A stretch of DNA of 64,000 nucleotides from Octopus vulgaris (taxonomy: Eukaryota), in NCBI GenBank assembly GCA_951406725.2, contig OX597814.1:84692001-84756000 (forward strand). The letters run 5' to 3'. The translations under genes were made by a program, and so were the position numbers. Shown one piece after another: positions 12,371 to 25,539 of this stretch (the stretch's first letter is position 1; each line of letters begins with the position of its first letter). The notes under the pieces are model-generated. The model did no database searches and was not told the origin of the DNA. It saw only the letters and a program-made list of their open reading frames with translations.

Positions 12371-13861
12371 TTGACTCAAGGCCAGAAGGATGCCAAGAAG
12401 CAGACCAATCCAGAAAAGAAAGATTTGGAAGCTAAAGAACCCTTCACATAGTCAGAGATTTAGGGACATCCTCATCAAGAAATTTGATGAGAGGGAGGAG
12501 GACCTACACACCTCAGACATAGAAGGTAGCAGGAAATTCCTACGGGACCAAGTCTGCAGATGGTGCAAAGTCCCTTCCAGACCTAGAGTAACATGGTGGT
12601 GGAATAATATAGTAGACAAAGCCATTAGAACAAAGAAACTGGCCTGGAAAGCCTGGAATAATGGGGGTAGCAGGGAATTGTACCAGATAGCCAGAAGGAA
12701 GTTTGGGTGACAGGTATACATAGCCAAGAGTGAAGCAGAAAAGAAGTTTGCTAATGTCCAGCAATATGAGGACCAAAGAACTGAAGTATTTTGGATTGCA
12801 AGGCAGTGTGTGAGAGAAAATTGTGATGTGACAGGAGAGAAATGTGTCTGCATGGATGATGGTGCACTTGCTTTTAATGATTTAGAAAAGAAAGAGGCTT
12901 GGAGAAGCCATTATGAAAGACTGATGAACATGGATAATGAATGGGAGGAGGGGAGCTTGCCAAATGCTGACCCAGTAGAAGGACTAGCTAGTCAAATAGA
13001 CAGCACCCTAGTAGATAAAGAAGTTAAGGATATGAAGCTAGGAAAATCCCCTGGCCCATCAAGAATCACTGCTGAGATGCTTAAAACATCTGGTGGTGTG
13101 GGCTATGGCCTAGTCACTTGTATTGTAAACCAGGTAGTTCATGATGGAGTCATACCCAATGACTGGTGTAGCAGCACCATAGTCAATTGCTACAAGGGTA
13201 AAGGTGATGCCTTAGATAGAAATAGCTACAAGGGTATCAAACTGCTGGATCAGGTGATGAAGGTCACGGAGAGGGTCATAGCCCAACTAATTAGGGAGAA
13301 AGTCTGCTTAGATGAGATGCAGTTTGGTTTTGTGCCAGGTAGAAGCACCACTGATGCTATATTCCTGCTATCACAACTGCAGGAGAAATACCTAGCCAAA
13401 GATAAACCCCTATACTTGGCGTTTGTGGATTTGGAGAAAGCCTTTGACAGGGTCCCCTGATCCCTTATCTGGTGGGCAATGCAGAAACTGGGGATTGATG
13501 AATGGTTAATAAGTGCTATACAGGCTCTATACAGAGATGCCATTAGTAAGGTTTGGGTTGGCAATGAATATAGTGAAGAATTCTGGGTAGAAGTAGGGGT
13601 CCACCAAGGATCAGCCCTCAGGCCCCTCTTATTCATTATAGTCCTCTAGGCAATAACAGAGGAATTCAAGACAGGTTGCCCCTGAGAGCTCCTTTATGCT
13701 GATGACCTGGCCCTCATAGCAGAATCACTACCAGTAGTAGAGAAGAAATTTCAGGTTTAGAATTGAAGCAAGATTTAGAATCGAAGGGTCTTAGAGTCAA
13801 TGTCGCAAAGACCAAAGTTCTAGTAAGTAGGAGGGCGAACACATCACACATCCCTTCAGGT
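12371..13861 (+). mobile_element. RTE-clade LINE internal fragment (RT core), decayed
   Basis: TWWWN, KSPGPSRIT, YKGKGDALDRNSYKGIKLL, QFGFVPGRSTTDAIF, AFVDLEKAFDRVP, GVHQGSAL, LLYADDL. Confidence 0.93.
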
Positions 13862-14172
13862 AAAATAAAACAGGTAGAATATTTTGGCTGGATATGACCA
13901 GTTTAAATGCTAAAGATCTAAAACAGAAAGTTTGTACCTTAGAATCAGAGGCAATTTCAGGCAGGTTGGTATGAAATGGGTTAAACAGCTAGTTTGTCAT
14001 TAGTATGGGTTTGTTGGGATTTTAGTCATTGCAGGTTTAGTTGAGTTAGGTGCTAGTCATTATATTATGATGAATTGGTGTAGCATGCTGTATTGTGTAT
14101 TAGGTAATTCTTCTCTTACAACTATGGTGCTATTTAAGTTAAATAATATTTGTCATTTTTGTGCTTCTTTAG

Positions 14173-14275
14173 CAATTGAAACACAGCCAACCAAAAGTTA
14201 GTCTTGCTTTACCAGAACCAAAAATTGACTATTATTTCAATAAAAGTGTGGCTGAAGAAAAATTAACTAAACCAG
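14173..14275 (+). CDS. Exon: QLKHSQPKVSLALPEPKIDYYFNKSVAEEKLTKP(D)
   Basis: ttctttag| acceptor, CAG|gtaag donor, phase 0-1. Confidence 0.85.
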
Positions 14276-14532
14276 GTAAGCAGCATGATGTTTTCAAATT
14301 CTTCAAATATTTCCACCACCAACATTCTAAGAAAGGAGTAAACATACAGGAAAGACAATAGTTTGTGGTTGTTGGTTTTGCTACTAGTACTATTACTTGA
14401 GATGTTTAATATACCTTGCTTGCAATGTTTTCTTCACATTCGTTATTCAAAGAAAAAAACTAAACATTTTTCTTTCCCTCAAAATGATCTGTAAAAGGTA
14501 ATAGAAGGACTGTTAAACTAATATTATTATAT

Positions 14533-15447
14533 TGGTTTTAAATTTTGGCATAAGGGCAATAATTTTGGAGGCAGGATTAAGTCAATTAAATTGACCACAG
14601 TGCTCAATTGGTACTTATTTTATCAACATTGAAAGGATGAAAAGCAACTTTGACCCAGATCACATTTGAACCCAGATCACAGGGATGGAGGAAATGCCAC
14701 TAAGCATTTTGCCCAGCATGCTAACAACTCTGCCAGCTCACTACCATATCGTGACACAAATGAATGAAAAGACCCAGTTCCCAGTGAGACAACAATGTTA
14801 ATAATTCTTTCTAATTCTAGCACAAGACCAGCAATTTTGAGGTGAGGGGAAATCAATTACATTGACTTCATTGCTCAATTGGAACTATTTTGTTAACCCT
14901 GAAAGAATGAAAAGCAAAGTCAGTCTCAGTGGAATTTGAACTCAGAATGTAATGGTTTGGAAGAGATACCACTAAACATTTTGTCTGATATATTAACAAC
15001 CCTGCCAGCTTGCTGTGTTTATTAATAAACCTTTCTACAAGGCCTGAAATTTTGCGGGAGGGAGCGAGTCAATTACATTGACTCCAGTGCTCAACTGGTA
15101 TTTATTTTATTGACCCCGGAAGGATGAAAGGCAAAGTCAACCTCAGTGGAATTTGAACTCAGAATGTTAAGACAGATGAAATGCCACAAAGCATTTTGCT
15201 TGGCATGCTAATGATTCTGCCAGCTTGCCACCTTGGTTTCAAATTTTGGCACAAATCCAGCAATTTCAAGGGCGGGGATAAATTGATTACATCAATTCCA
15301 GTATTCCACTGGCACTTAATTTATCAGCCCTGAAAGATGAAAGGCAAATTCAACCACAGTGGAATTTGAACTCAAAATTTAAAGATGAATGAACTGTCAC
15401 TAAGCATTTTGCCTGCCATGCTAACAATTCTGCCAGCTTGCTGCCTT
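14533..15447 (-). mobile_element. Four head-to-tail copies of tRNA-type SINE family C (Nin/Deu-like central domain)
   Basis: Four ~210-nt units each with aaggatgaaaggcaaagtcaacctc..ggaatttgaactcagaa..ctgccagct; other copies ~23540, ~34020-34450, ~55840, ~56335, ~60697. Confidence 0.8.
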
Positions 15448-15612
15448 TGTCTTTGTTAATAATGTTAATAATGAAATCTATCACTAGAATATATAATAAA
15501 AGACACATGTTGATTAAATGACATCTTTCATTGAAATATATATATATATATATATCATATATATATAGGTTTTGATATGTGTATATATATAAAATGACAT
15601 TTTATTTCTTAG

Positions 15613-15829
15613 ACACAAGAAAATCAGGGACTAAAATTAAAGTATGCACTGAAGACAGTGAAACAATTGGTAAAATGGTAGGCTTGATACTTGAAAGATA
15701 TCCTGAGAAGATTACTGTGGTAACAGATAAACTGAAAGGTTTTCATCTCCCTGCAAACCTACGCAAACAGATATGGACTGAGGTGCTTTTTCAGAATGTA
15801 AATCCTATGACAAACAATCAATCAAGTGG
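15613..15829 (+). CDS. Exon with TBC N-terminal motif (KGFHLPANLRKQIWTEVL)
   Basis: tttcttag| acceptor, GG|gtaag donor, phase 1-2; resembles the TBC 'G-I/L-P-x-x-L-R-x-x-I-W' signature. Confidence 0.9.
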
Positions 15830-16537
15830 GTAAGTTGTTCTAGAAATGGTTCTTCTCCTGCTTCTTGTCATTGCTGTTTAATCACAGGTAAGCCTAGTGG
15901 AGGTGTGTGGCTTAGTGGTTAGGGTGTTGGACTCATGATCGTAAGATTTGGTTTCAGTTCCTGGACTGGGCGACACGTTGTGTTCTTGAGCAAAGCACTT
16001 TATTTCACATTGCTCCAGTCCACTCAGCTGGCAAAGGTAAGTAGTCCTGCAATGGACTGGTGTCCTATCCAGGTGGAGAATATATATGCCATGGAAATTG
16101 GGAAACCAGCTTTTATGAGTTGGTGTGACTCGAACAGGTAACTTTACCTTTATCTTTTCCACAGATAAGCCTTGACTGAACTGACAAATGATCAAGGACA
16201 TTTCAACTGTGATTATACTGTTTTTACTTTCAGACTGTGTAATTATAGTATATTATCCAATAAGTCTGTCAAGAGAGCAGATATGATTTAAGGAAGATTT
16301 GGCTGTTATTTCTAGCTGGTCAAGTGTATAATGTAGAGGTTTCCTATTTCGCTTGTCTGTTTACCTCCTGCTGCTTTACATGAAGTGGTGCAATTCTACT
16401 TCAGATAAATGGCTTATGGTCAAATTATTTGCTTAGAGGTATTCAGAATCAAACAAAATAGTTAATTTTTGATTAAATAAAGCATAAAGCAGAGAATTAG
16501 TTGAGTTGCTTGAACCTCCTCCTCCTCCTCCTCCTTC

Positions 16538-16577
<40 letters not shown>

Positions 16578-16644
16578 AGTCATAATTATCATCATTGTTG
16601 CTAACGCTGCCGCCGCTGCCTTCGCCGCCGCCGCCGCCACCACC

Positions 16645-16676
<32 letters not shown>

Positions 16677-17399
16677 CAACAACAACATCAACAACATCAT
16701 CATTTAATAATCCATTTTCCATGCTGGCATGAGTTGGATGGTATGACAGGAACAGGCAAGTCAAGACTACACCAGTCTTCAATTGTCTGTTTTGGTATGG
16801 TTTCTACAGCTGGATGCTCTTCCTAATGCTAACCATTCTACAGAGTGTACTTTGTGCTTTTTGTGAGATACCAGTGAGGCACAGTGAGGTCAACTAGTAA
16901 CTTGCAGGGCAAGACCCCTTAACTGGAGGGAGTAGTTTGTAAGGGACAAAAAGGTGTTTTGTATTAGAAGAGAGACATGGCTCTCTTCAGATGGAGAAGA
17001 GAGAGAGGACAGAAAGCTGAAAGTGTGGAAGAGAGTGGGCAGGGGCCATATACCCAAGTTATTGGATGGTGCATATAGTAGAATAGATCAGAGGTTGGAG
17101 AGGGGGTAACATTCATACTTCTATGCTTGCATGTATTGAACAGAATTTGTTCAGGTAGATATTCTATGGATAGATGCCTTTACTGTTGCCAACCCTCACC
17201 TGCTTCCAAGTGAGGTAATATTTTCTCGTGATGAGACATACTTTCACAGAAGATTGAATATGAAGGGCACTGCTCGCATCATGGTGACACTTGCTTACAA
17301 CTGTTACACAATGAATAATGCCAAGGCAAGGAGACAATAACATACACACACACACATGCATAAACACCCCCCCAAACACACATACACACACATGCATGC

Positions 17400-17438
<39 letters not shown>

Positions 17439-17655
17439 TGAAGGGGTGCTGTAAAGTTGCTGGCTTAGGGCAAAAGAAAATATAGGAGGATCAGTTAATT
17501 ATGATTTTTTTCAACATATTCCCCTCTCAGATTTGCGCACATATTGCAGCAGTTCTTTAGTTTTTCGAAGCCCTGTAAAAGAACTTGGAATTTTGGGACA
17601 CCATCCAGGCCTTTCATGATACCCTTAAAGCCAGGAACTTTTCAGCACTTTCTCG
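17439..17655. mobile_element. Tc1/mariner-type MITE
   Basis: Imperfect TIRs tgaaggggtgctgtaaagttgctggct / agccaggaacttttcagcactttctcg, TA on both sides, inside CA/TG repeats. Confidence 0.65.
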
Positions 17656-17657
17656 TA

Positions 17658-17707
<50 letters not shown>

Positions 17708-18321
17708 TATTTATATATAATGTTATAATTCTTTCTTAGGAAATATATAGAACTACTCAGGTTAAACCCAAGAGAAAGGATAAGAATTAAAATAAAAGCT
17801 CAAATTAGGCAATCAACTTTTTTTTAAATATGCACATATATAGTCATAAATTCAATTTAAAATATATATGTATATTAATACATACCACGATACAAAATAT
17901 ATTAAAAAAAATATATAAATATATATAATTCTATAATCCATGTGGATTATTAACTAGAAATTGTAAGTAGGTAATTTTCAAAAGAGGATACTTTTCCTGA
18001 TGAAGGAGACATTGTCTGCATGGATTGTAAAATTTCTCTTAATTTTTCTACTGGGACATGAACTCTGGAAATAGCCGTAGAAAGTAATTTTCCTCTGATT
18101 GTATTGTATACTAGTTATATATTTAAAAAAAAAGTGGATTGAGTTTAGTAATTGAAATTAGTAATTGAAATTTTAGACATTCTTAACTGCTTTTAATTTT
18201 AGCATTGAAAAAATTTTTTACTAGTTCTCTTTTCCTCACTTTTTTCCATATACATCACATGTATGTCCTATTTACATATATTTTTATATATATTTATATT
18301 TTTTAAAAATATATTTTGTAT

Positions 18322-18523
18322 TCTTTATTCTTTAACTTGTTTCAGTCATCTGACTGCGACCATGCTGGAGCACTGCCTTTAGTCGTGCAAATCGACCCCA
18401 GGACTTATTCTTTTGTAACCCTAGTACTTATTCTGTCGGTCTCTTTTGCCAAACCGTTAAGTTACGGGGACGTAAACACACCAGCATTGGTTGTCAAGCG
18501 ATGTTGGTACAAACACAGACACA

Positions 18524-18570
<47 letters not shown>

Positions 18571-18714
18571 TGGGCTTATTTCAGTTTCCATCTACCAAAT
18601 CCACTCACAAGGCTTTGGTCAGTCCGAGGCTATAGTAGAAGACACTTATCCAAGGTGCCACGCAGTGGGACTGAACCCATAACCACGTGGTTGGTAAGCA
18701 AGCTACTTACCACA
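18322..18714 (-). mobile_element. Full-length SINE family A with internal (CA)n (similar copy 38167-38530)
   Basis: 5' tRNA-like head, internal dinucleotide tract and 3' module (ccccgtaacttaacgg..ggggtcgatttg..tccagcatgg) are contiguous. Confidence 0.82.
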
Positions 18715-18822
18715 GTATCTTGATATGTATTAATATATATGTATATTTTAAATTGAATTTATGACTATGTATGCATATATTTAAAAAAAGTTGATTGCCT
18801 AATTTGAGCTTTTATTTTAATT

Positions 18823-18883
<61 letters not shown>

Positions 18884-19830
18884 CCTAGCTTTAATTCTAG
18901 CATCATTTCTTTAAATTCAGCTTGTACTTGTTCTAAAGTCTTGCAATTTTCAAGCTAAGAGTTAAATATTATCTTAAGTTAATTAAGCCTAGTAAAACTG
19001 TGCTGTTTTCACCTTTTGTTTTGTTTGCTTGAATATTTTATCTGGCCTCCCTTATTATATTTTGGGCATGGAGTATCCAAGAAAAATGTGCTATTTTTGC
19101 TTTTTTGTTGTTTTTTTTTTTTTTATTATTTTAACTGGCTCCCATTATTAGTATATTTTTGGCATGGGGTAGCCATGCTGCTCAGTATTGGACTGGTAGG
19201 ACTAGTAGAACATCAGGCAAGATGCCTGATGGTATTTGTTCCAGTTCTTTGTGTTTTAGTAGCAATACCTGCAACAGCACAGGTGCCAAGTAGTGTTCCT
19301 TTAAAGTAGTGGCCTTTCTCTTGAACAGTATTGATGATACAGAGAAAGAGCACTTGTATGCACGAGCAACTCCAATTATCATCATCATCATCTAGCTTCT
19401 GTTTTCCATGCTGGCATGGGTTAGATGGTTTGACTAAAGCTGGTGAGCTAGAGAGCTGCACCGTACTCCAGTCTGATTTGGCATAGTTTCTATGGCTGAT
19501 GCCTTTCTGATGCCAACCACTTTACAGAGTGTGCTGGGTGCTTTTATGTAGCACCACATGAGCACATTTACATGGTACGAACATGAGTGCTTTTTATGTG
19601 GCACTGGTACAGGACTCTTGTCAGCCAATCCTCTTCACCAGGAGTAGAGGCCTTAACACTTCTGCTGTGGAGTAAGGGTCTTCTTGAGTCGTCTATAAAA
19701 GATCTTTTCTTAGACTGTGCATGCAGGTACAGATACTTTACTAACCACGACTGATTGAGACCTTATATAACAATGTCAGAAATCAAATTAATATGAAGTA
19801 AGTGAAGAAGCTTTGGTTTTTTTCTCTTAG

Positions 19831-19954
19831 CAATTTGAAGAAACATTTCCGACAACAATTTGGACAAAAGTTACAGAGTAATTTGAAGAAGTTACATATA
19901 AAACATCCATTGCATTCACCAATCAAGGATTTAATAGAAAACACTGTTATTGAG
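19831..19954 (+). CDS. Exon: (G)NLKKHFRQQFGQKLQSNLKKLHIKHPLHSPIKDLIENTVIE
   Basis: tttctcttag| acceptor, GAG|gtaagt donor, phase 2-0; absent from the ORF track but open in the required frame. Confidence 0.88.
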
Positions 19955-20928
19955 GTAAGTTAACTTAAACCATTTCATGGCCAGGTTTCTAATGAAATAC
20001 ATTGTTTATGTGTTGCAATGAATTTTAAAAAAAATTTCATGAAATTGAAGGAATTTCTTGAAATAACTAATGCCATCATGACTAATAAAAGATACATGAA
20101 ATTATCATAGAGGTTTTAAATTCAAATATAGACATTTTAAAACATGGTTTTTGTAGCATAAAGCCAGGGATGGTATCAGATAAGATGGTTTGAAAAAAGG
20201 TTGGCATCATTTATCTTGAAGAAGAGGGAAAAAAGATATTATCAATAGGGTTACAGTTTATGTACCCCTTACACAAATTTTATTATATAATCAAAAGTAA
20301 TTTTTAGCTCAAAATTCACCAGAAAGTTACAGAAAAAACAAAAACAAAAGGACATTTTTTCTCTACAAATGTGGTCAACTTTTGAATGTACTTTGGTACT
20401 AACTAGTGTAGTCACCAATATCTGAAAGGAATAATTTTTTTTTCTTTGGTGAATGGGACTTAATCAAAGAAGGAAGAGTAGTACTCTCAACCATTTTGAA
20501 GGAGTTTTGAGACTGGTGGGAAGTTCCAGAGGAATGACATTCGAAGAAGAAAGGACTGGGCATAATGGTTTATACTGGGACTGGGGAAAGAAGCTGGGCA
20601 CAAGGTTGGTGATAGGAGGAAAGATAGGAAGGGTTGGAAGCCTGAATGGAGCTGAGCCCAGTTAGCTCCATTGAGAAGAGGCCATTATTGTAGCTATAGA
20701 AAAAGTAGAGAAAGGAGAGAGGATATCTGTCAGAGGCTGGAGAATGTTTGTGAGTGACCAAATGAGAATTAGCTGGGTGATCCTTTTCTAGATGCAGGTT
20801 AGAATGCCTCTGTTCTTTAAAAATCTCACAAAAATATTTCACTGATCACCACTGCATTGCAATGTCCTTCCTTGTATGTTCAGTATTCAATAATGGCCAT
20901 ATCTAACAGTGACTCCATTCCTTTACAG

Positions 20929-21106
20929 ACTTACAACAAGACACCATCTATGCAATTGTACAAGTCAACAGCTTACATGAAAGAGGCTTCACGTGTTTTG
21001 AATGCTTTATACATTTACAACCAGTCTTATCAACCATTCTATGTGCTCTGGTTGTTTCCTATGCAGATAGCTCTTGCAGATTTGGCAGACAAAAATAGCA
21101 CAGAAG
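20929..21106 (+). CDS. Exon: TYNKTPSMQLYKSTAYMKEASRVLNALYIYNQSYQPFYVLWLFPMQIALADLADKNSTE(G)
   Basis: ctttacag| acceptor, AAG|gtaat donor, phase 0-1. Confidence 0.9.
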
Positions 21107-22341
21107 GTAATAAGAGTCTTTTCTTTTACTTTTTGTTTGTATCAAAATCATCAACACAGAATAAAATTGAAATTTAATATTTTCAGGGATCTTTGTCCTT
21201 TACTTGTTTCAGTCATTGGATTGCAGTCATGCTGCAGTACCACTCGGAAGGGTCTTAGTTGAACAAATCATCTCCAGTACTTATGATTTTTTAAACCTGA
21301 TACTTACTCTATAGGTCACTTTTGTCAAAGCACTAAGTTATGGGGATGTTAACAAATCAATACTGGTTTTCAAGCAGTGGGTTGGGGATAAGAAATACAG
21401 ACCTAAAGATACACAATGTAGACATGTTTGTGTGTGTGTGTGTATACAGACATACACACAATCTAAGTTTGTTTATGTGAAACATTTTTGAGCGTGCTCA
21501 TAAAAAGCTCCTATACTATTTATTCTAGCTACTTCTTATTATTTCTATCTTCCAGAGTAATTTTGTGGGATGGTTATTAGTCTGGTGCTGCTATTGAGTT
21601 AGTTCATTCTTGACTAAACCGAGCAGGAGGAGACACATGGGTTGGAGAATTGCTGAAGATGTCACAGGACGTGTGACAAAAGATTTCAGACAAAGGACAC
21701 TAAAATAATAACAATAATAAAGCCGAAGTGAAAAACAAGTAAAAAAAGAAAAGAAACCATCCTGAAATATAACAATCCTCATCATCATCATCATCGTCGC
21801 CTTCCATGCTGTCATGGGTGGGTTGTCACTGGATCTACATAAGGAATTCCACAGTGCACATTGAGTATAGTAGAAACGATTGATATGGAAGGTAGAAACC
21901 AAGTTATATCACCTGAGGTGATGCTTCTGCATTGTGGGGTGCATTAGAATTCATTGTATAGTTTCCCACTCACAAGAGAGTGGTGCAGAATGTGTGGAAA
22001 CGACCATTGTGATAAAGTTTCCAGTAATTCTATCTTCTGTATCAGTTGTTTCTACTATACACACACACACACACACACGTTTTTGAGCGTGCTCATAAAA
22101 AGCTCCTATACTATTTATTCTAGCTACTTCTTATTATTCAAAATGTGACCACGTGTGTATCGTTGGCGATTTTTTTTCCTCTGTCTTCCCTTCTCTGGAT
22201 CTTTCCTTCTCCTATGTTTCCGACGAAGAGCTCTGCTCGAAACGTTAAACCCTCCTTTCTTTCTTTCCTGAGCATCCAATAATACTATATTTGTTCCATG
22301 TCCTCGTGTTGTTGTGTTTTTTTGTGCTTTCATGTTTGGAT

Positions 22342-22381
<40 letters not shown>

Positions 22382-22642
22382 CAATGGGCTTCCACACAGA
22401 TTATACCTACTAAATTCACTCACAAGGCTCCAGGGCTATAGTAGAAAACACTTGCTGCCCAAGGTGTCACATAGTTGGACTGATCCCAAAACCACATGGT
22501 TGCAATGTGAGATTCTCAGCCACATTGCCAGAAATTTCTTTTTGATTTACAGGAAACAGCTATTCCTACATCTTTTGTAGGTCTTCTGAGACCAGTTAAG
22601 TCTGCCAAATTTTGAAACCAATTAATATCTTAATAATTGCAG

Positions 22643-22821
22643 GAGAGGAAATCTATGAACTTGCCATGTTACTACATCTGTTGGAATCAAGATGTTTCCC
22701 TTCCTGGGCCATAATGTCTGTTATTTCTGAAAATGTCATGGCAACACTTGAACAGAAGGATTTAGAACTTTATAAACATCTTAAGCATGTAGCAACTATA
22801 AATGCACAAGTGAACCCTAAG
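22643..22821 (+). CDS. Exon: (G)EEIYELAMLLHLLESRCFPSWAIMSVISENVMATLEQKDLELYKHLKHVATINAQVNPK
   Basis: ttgcag| acceptor, AAG|gtgggt donor, phase 1-0; TBC-like 'L..xDxELYxHL'. Confidence 0.9.
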
Positions 22822-22924
22822 GTGGGTGGAACATCCTACATTTCTGTTTTCCTTTTTCTTTCTTTGCATTTTCTTCATTCTCATGGCTGTTGTCTTCATT
22901 GTTGATGTTGTCATTGTCCCCTTC

Positions 22925-23165
22925 CTCCTCCCACTCCACTATCACCACTACTGCTGCTGCCACTATCACTGCCACTGCCACCACTGCTTTGGTCACTGGT
23001 TCTGCTACTGCCACCACCACTGCTGCTACTGCTGCCGCCACCATTGCTGCCACCACTATCACCACCACCACCATTGCTGCCACCAACACCATTTGTTTCT
23101 GCTCCTCTTCCTCCTCCTTCTCACCACCATCACCACCACCACTACCACCACCACCACTATCATAA
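22925..23165. repeat. Degenerate (CCA/CTG) trinucleotide tract
   Basis: Direct reading. Confidence 0.85.
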
Positions 23166-25539
23166 TTTTGTTGCTTCATCCTATTTGTGCTGCATTGAGT
23201 TTAATTATGTTTCCTATGAAACCATAAATCATGTTCTAGAATGAGAAGCATTTTGTACCTACTATGTAAAAGATTTTTTTTCTTCTACTCTTCATACCTG
23301 TTCTTTGTATTGAGGACTTTCCAGCATCTAGTAAAACATGTTTTCTGTACTGCACCTATCTCCAGATTAAGCTCAGGGTTTCCAAGGTTTGCTCTCAGAT
23401 TCTTTGCCATAGTTCCCAAAGCCCATTGATAACTGACAAGATCCATGGCCTCATAAACTTCTTTTACAACATTTGAGGATTTTATGCTTTATATTTGTAT
23501 AATACTCTTTTTAACTCTGGTATCAAATGGGTTTTATTAATTGAGCTGACAGAATTGTTAACGTGCTGGATGAAATGCTTAGCAGCATTTTTTTTCCATC
23601 TTTACATTTAAATTCTGATGAGGTTGACTTTGCCTTTCTTCCTTTCAGGGTTGATAAAATAAGTACTAGTTGAGCACTGGGATCAATGTAAATTACTTCC
23701 CTCTCCCTTAAAAATTTCAGGGCTTTGTATCTATCATAGAAAGGATTATTATTATTGAGTGAGAGAGCAGTGCTTTCCATCAAAGTGACACTGGAGTACA
23801 AATATACAAAACCCAATATACCCATCATGACTATCCATCTGATGAGAATAAACCAAGCTCATGTATCACAACCATATGTGAGCAACATGGTGTTCTCATA
23901 TCAAGATAAACAGTATATGACCTTGCAGATGGGGCCCAGTTAGAATTTTCTTCAGGTTGAGTAGCCCATCCCACTCAAAATGTCCCTGAATAAGATTTGT
24001 TTAAGGATGATGAATGAAATACCCATATTTCCAGAGGTAAATTATTCAAGCCTCAAAGAATTCCTCTCAACACATGTCTATGATGTTCCCCCACTACTCC
24101 TGCTCATGATCAGCGATGCATATATCATCAGTCACTAAGGGACGTGCTCAACTAGTTAAGGTCAAGCAACTGACAAGCAAATCTGTGGTATTGAGTAGAA
24201 TATTTGCTGTAGCCCATCTTCTACCCCAAGACAAAATGTTATATGATAACACATCCAACCAGTTAAGATCAGAAGCCAGTATCATTGTTGTTGTTGTTGT
24301 TTGCCTTTGCTTTTATTTGTTTGTGCTACTTCCAAATCTTATCCAGAGACATTAAGGGGCAGCAAGTTTTTGCACCTAAACATGCAAACAGATGAGGCAC
24401 CATGCAATTGAAAAACTGATGTCTGTGTGTTATAAAAAAAAGCTATTTTTATAAAATTTATAATAAAACAATGAATAAGTTTGTGTTTATATAGAGAGGA
24501 ATTCGCATAAGATATTTGGGGTACCCATAAGTATGACCTTTTGCGATTTGCTTATTCTAAGGCTGTCAGGAATTTGGTCAATACATTTGTTAGCCCCTTT
24601 TGATATCATTCCAAGTGCTCCACTATGAATAAGGTAATGTTGTTGCTTTGAGATGCCACATTCTTCTGACTTCTGTCTCCAAGTCCTTGTATTTGCTCAG
24701 TTTCTCAAATGTTTTCAGAGATGTCTTTGAGCACAAGGGTTGCAACATCTCTCAAAAGATGCTTTTTCAACATTGATTCACAATGACATCATCATCATCA
24801 TCACCACCACCATTGTCATTGATATTGTCCTCCCCCCTTTCCCTCTCCCCCTCCACCCACCCCTCCCTTCCTCCACGCCCTGCACTGCCCCCATCCACCA
24901 CTCTCCTCCTCCTCCTCTTCCTCAGCCCCCCTCCTCATGATGATCATGATGATGAAGGGTAGTGGACTGAAAATGTAGCATTTCTTTTGGTTCTTTACCT
25001 TATAAAATTCACTTCAACTTTGTCTTTTATCTTTCCAGGGTCGATAAGATAAATTATCATTTAAGCACTCTGGAGTTGGGTGGGGTGTCTGTGATCAACT
25101 AACTGCCCCCACCCTTCAAAATTGCTAACTTTGTGTTTAAATTAGAAACAGTTACCTTCGTCATCACCATCATCATCGTCATTGTTCTCGTCGTCATCAT
25201 AATCATCGTCATCCTCCTCATCATCATTATCAGCCCCCTTCTCTTCCACCTGCTCACTTTACCCAAACACCACCATCTTCCTTGTTCTCCTTTCCTCCTT
25301 TCTTTCTCATCTTACTATTTTCCTTAATTCTTCTTCCTCTTTCTCCTTTTTGCCCTCTCTTTCCTCTTCCTCTTTTTCTCATTTTCCTCATATCTTTCTC
25401 CCCTATCCGCTTTCATCTTTCACTTTCCTCCTCTCCTTCTTCACCCCCCCTGTCATTGTCCCCTCCGTTTCATCTCCATCATCATTACCACTATCTTCAT
25501 TTACTGTAATCAAATCTCTTAAATTGTCTAATTCTTCAG

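Noticed and set aside
14533-15447. Regularly spaced repeats as a CRISPR-like array
   Set aside because: Eukaryotic context; ~210-nt diverged SINE units with no unique spacers and no cas genes.
23845-23875. CTGATGAG in a dispersed repeat as a hammerhead
   Set aside because: No GAAA after the short stem and no stem I or III pairing.
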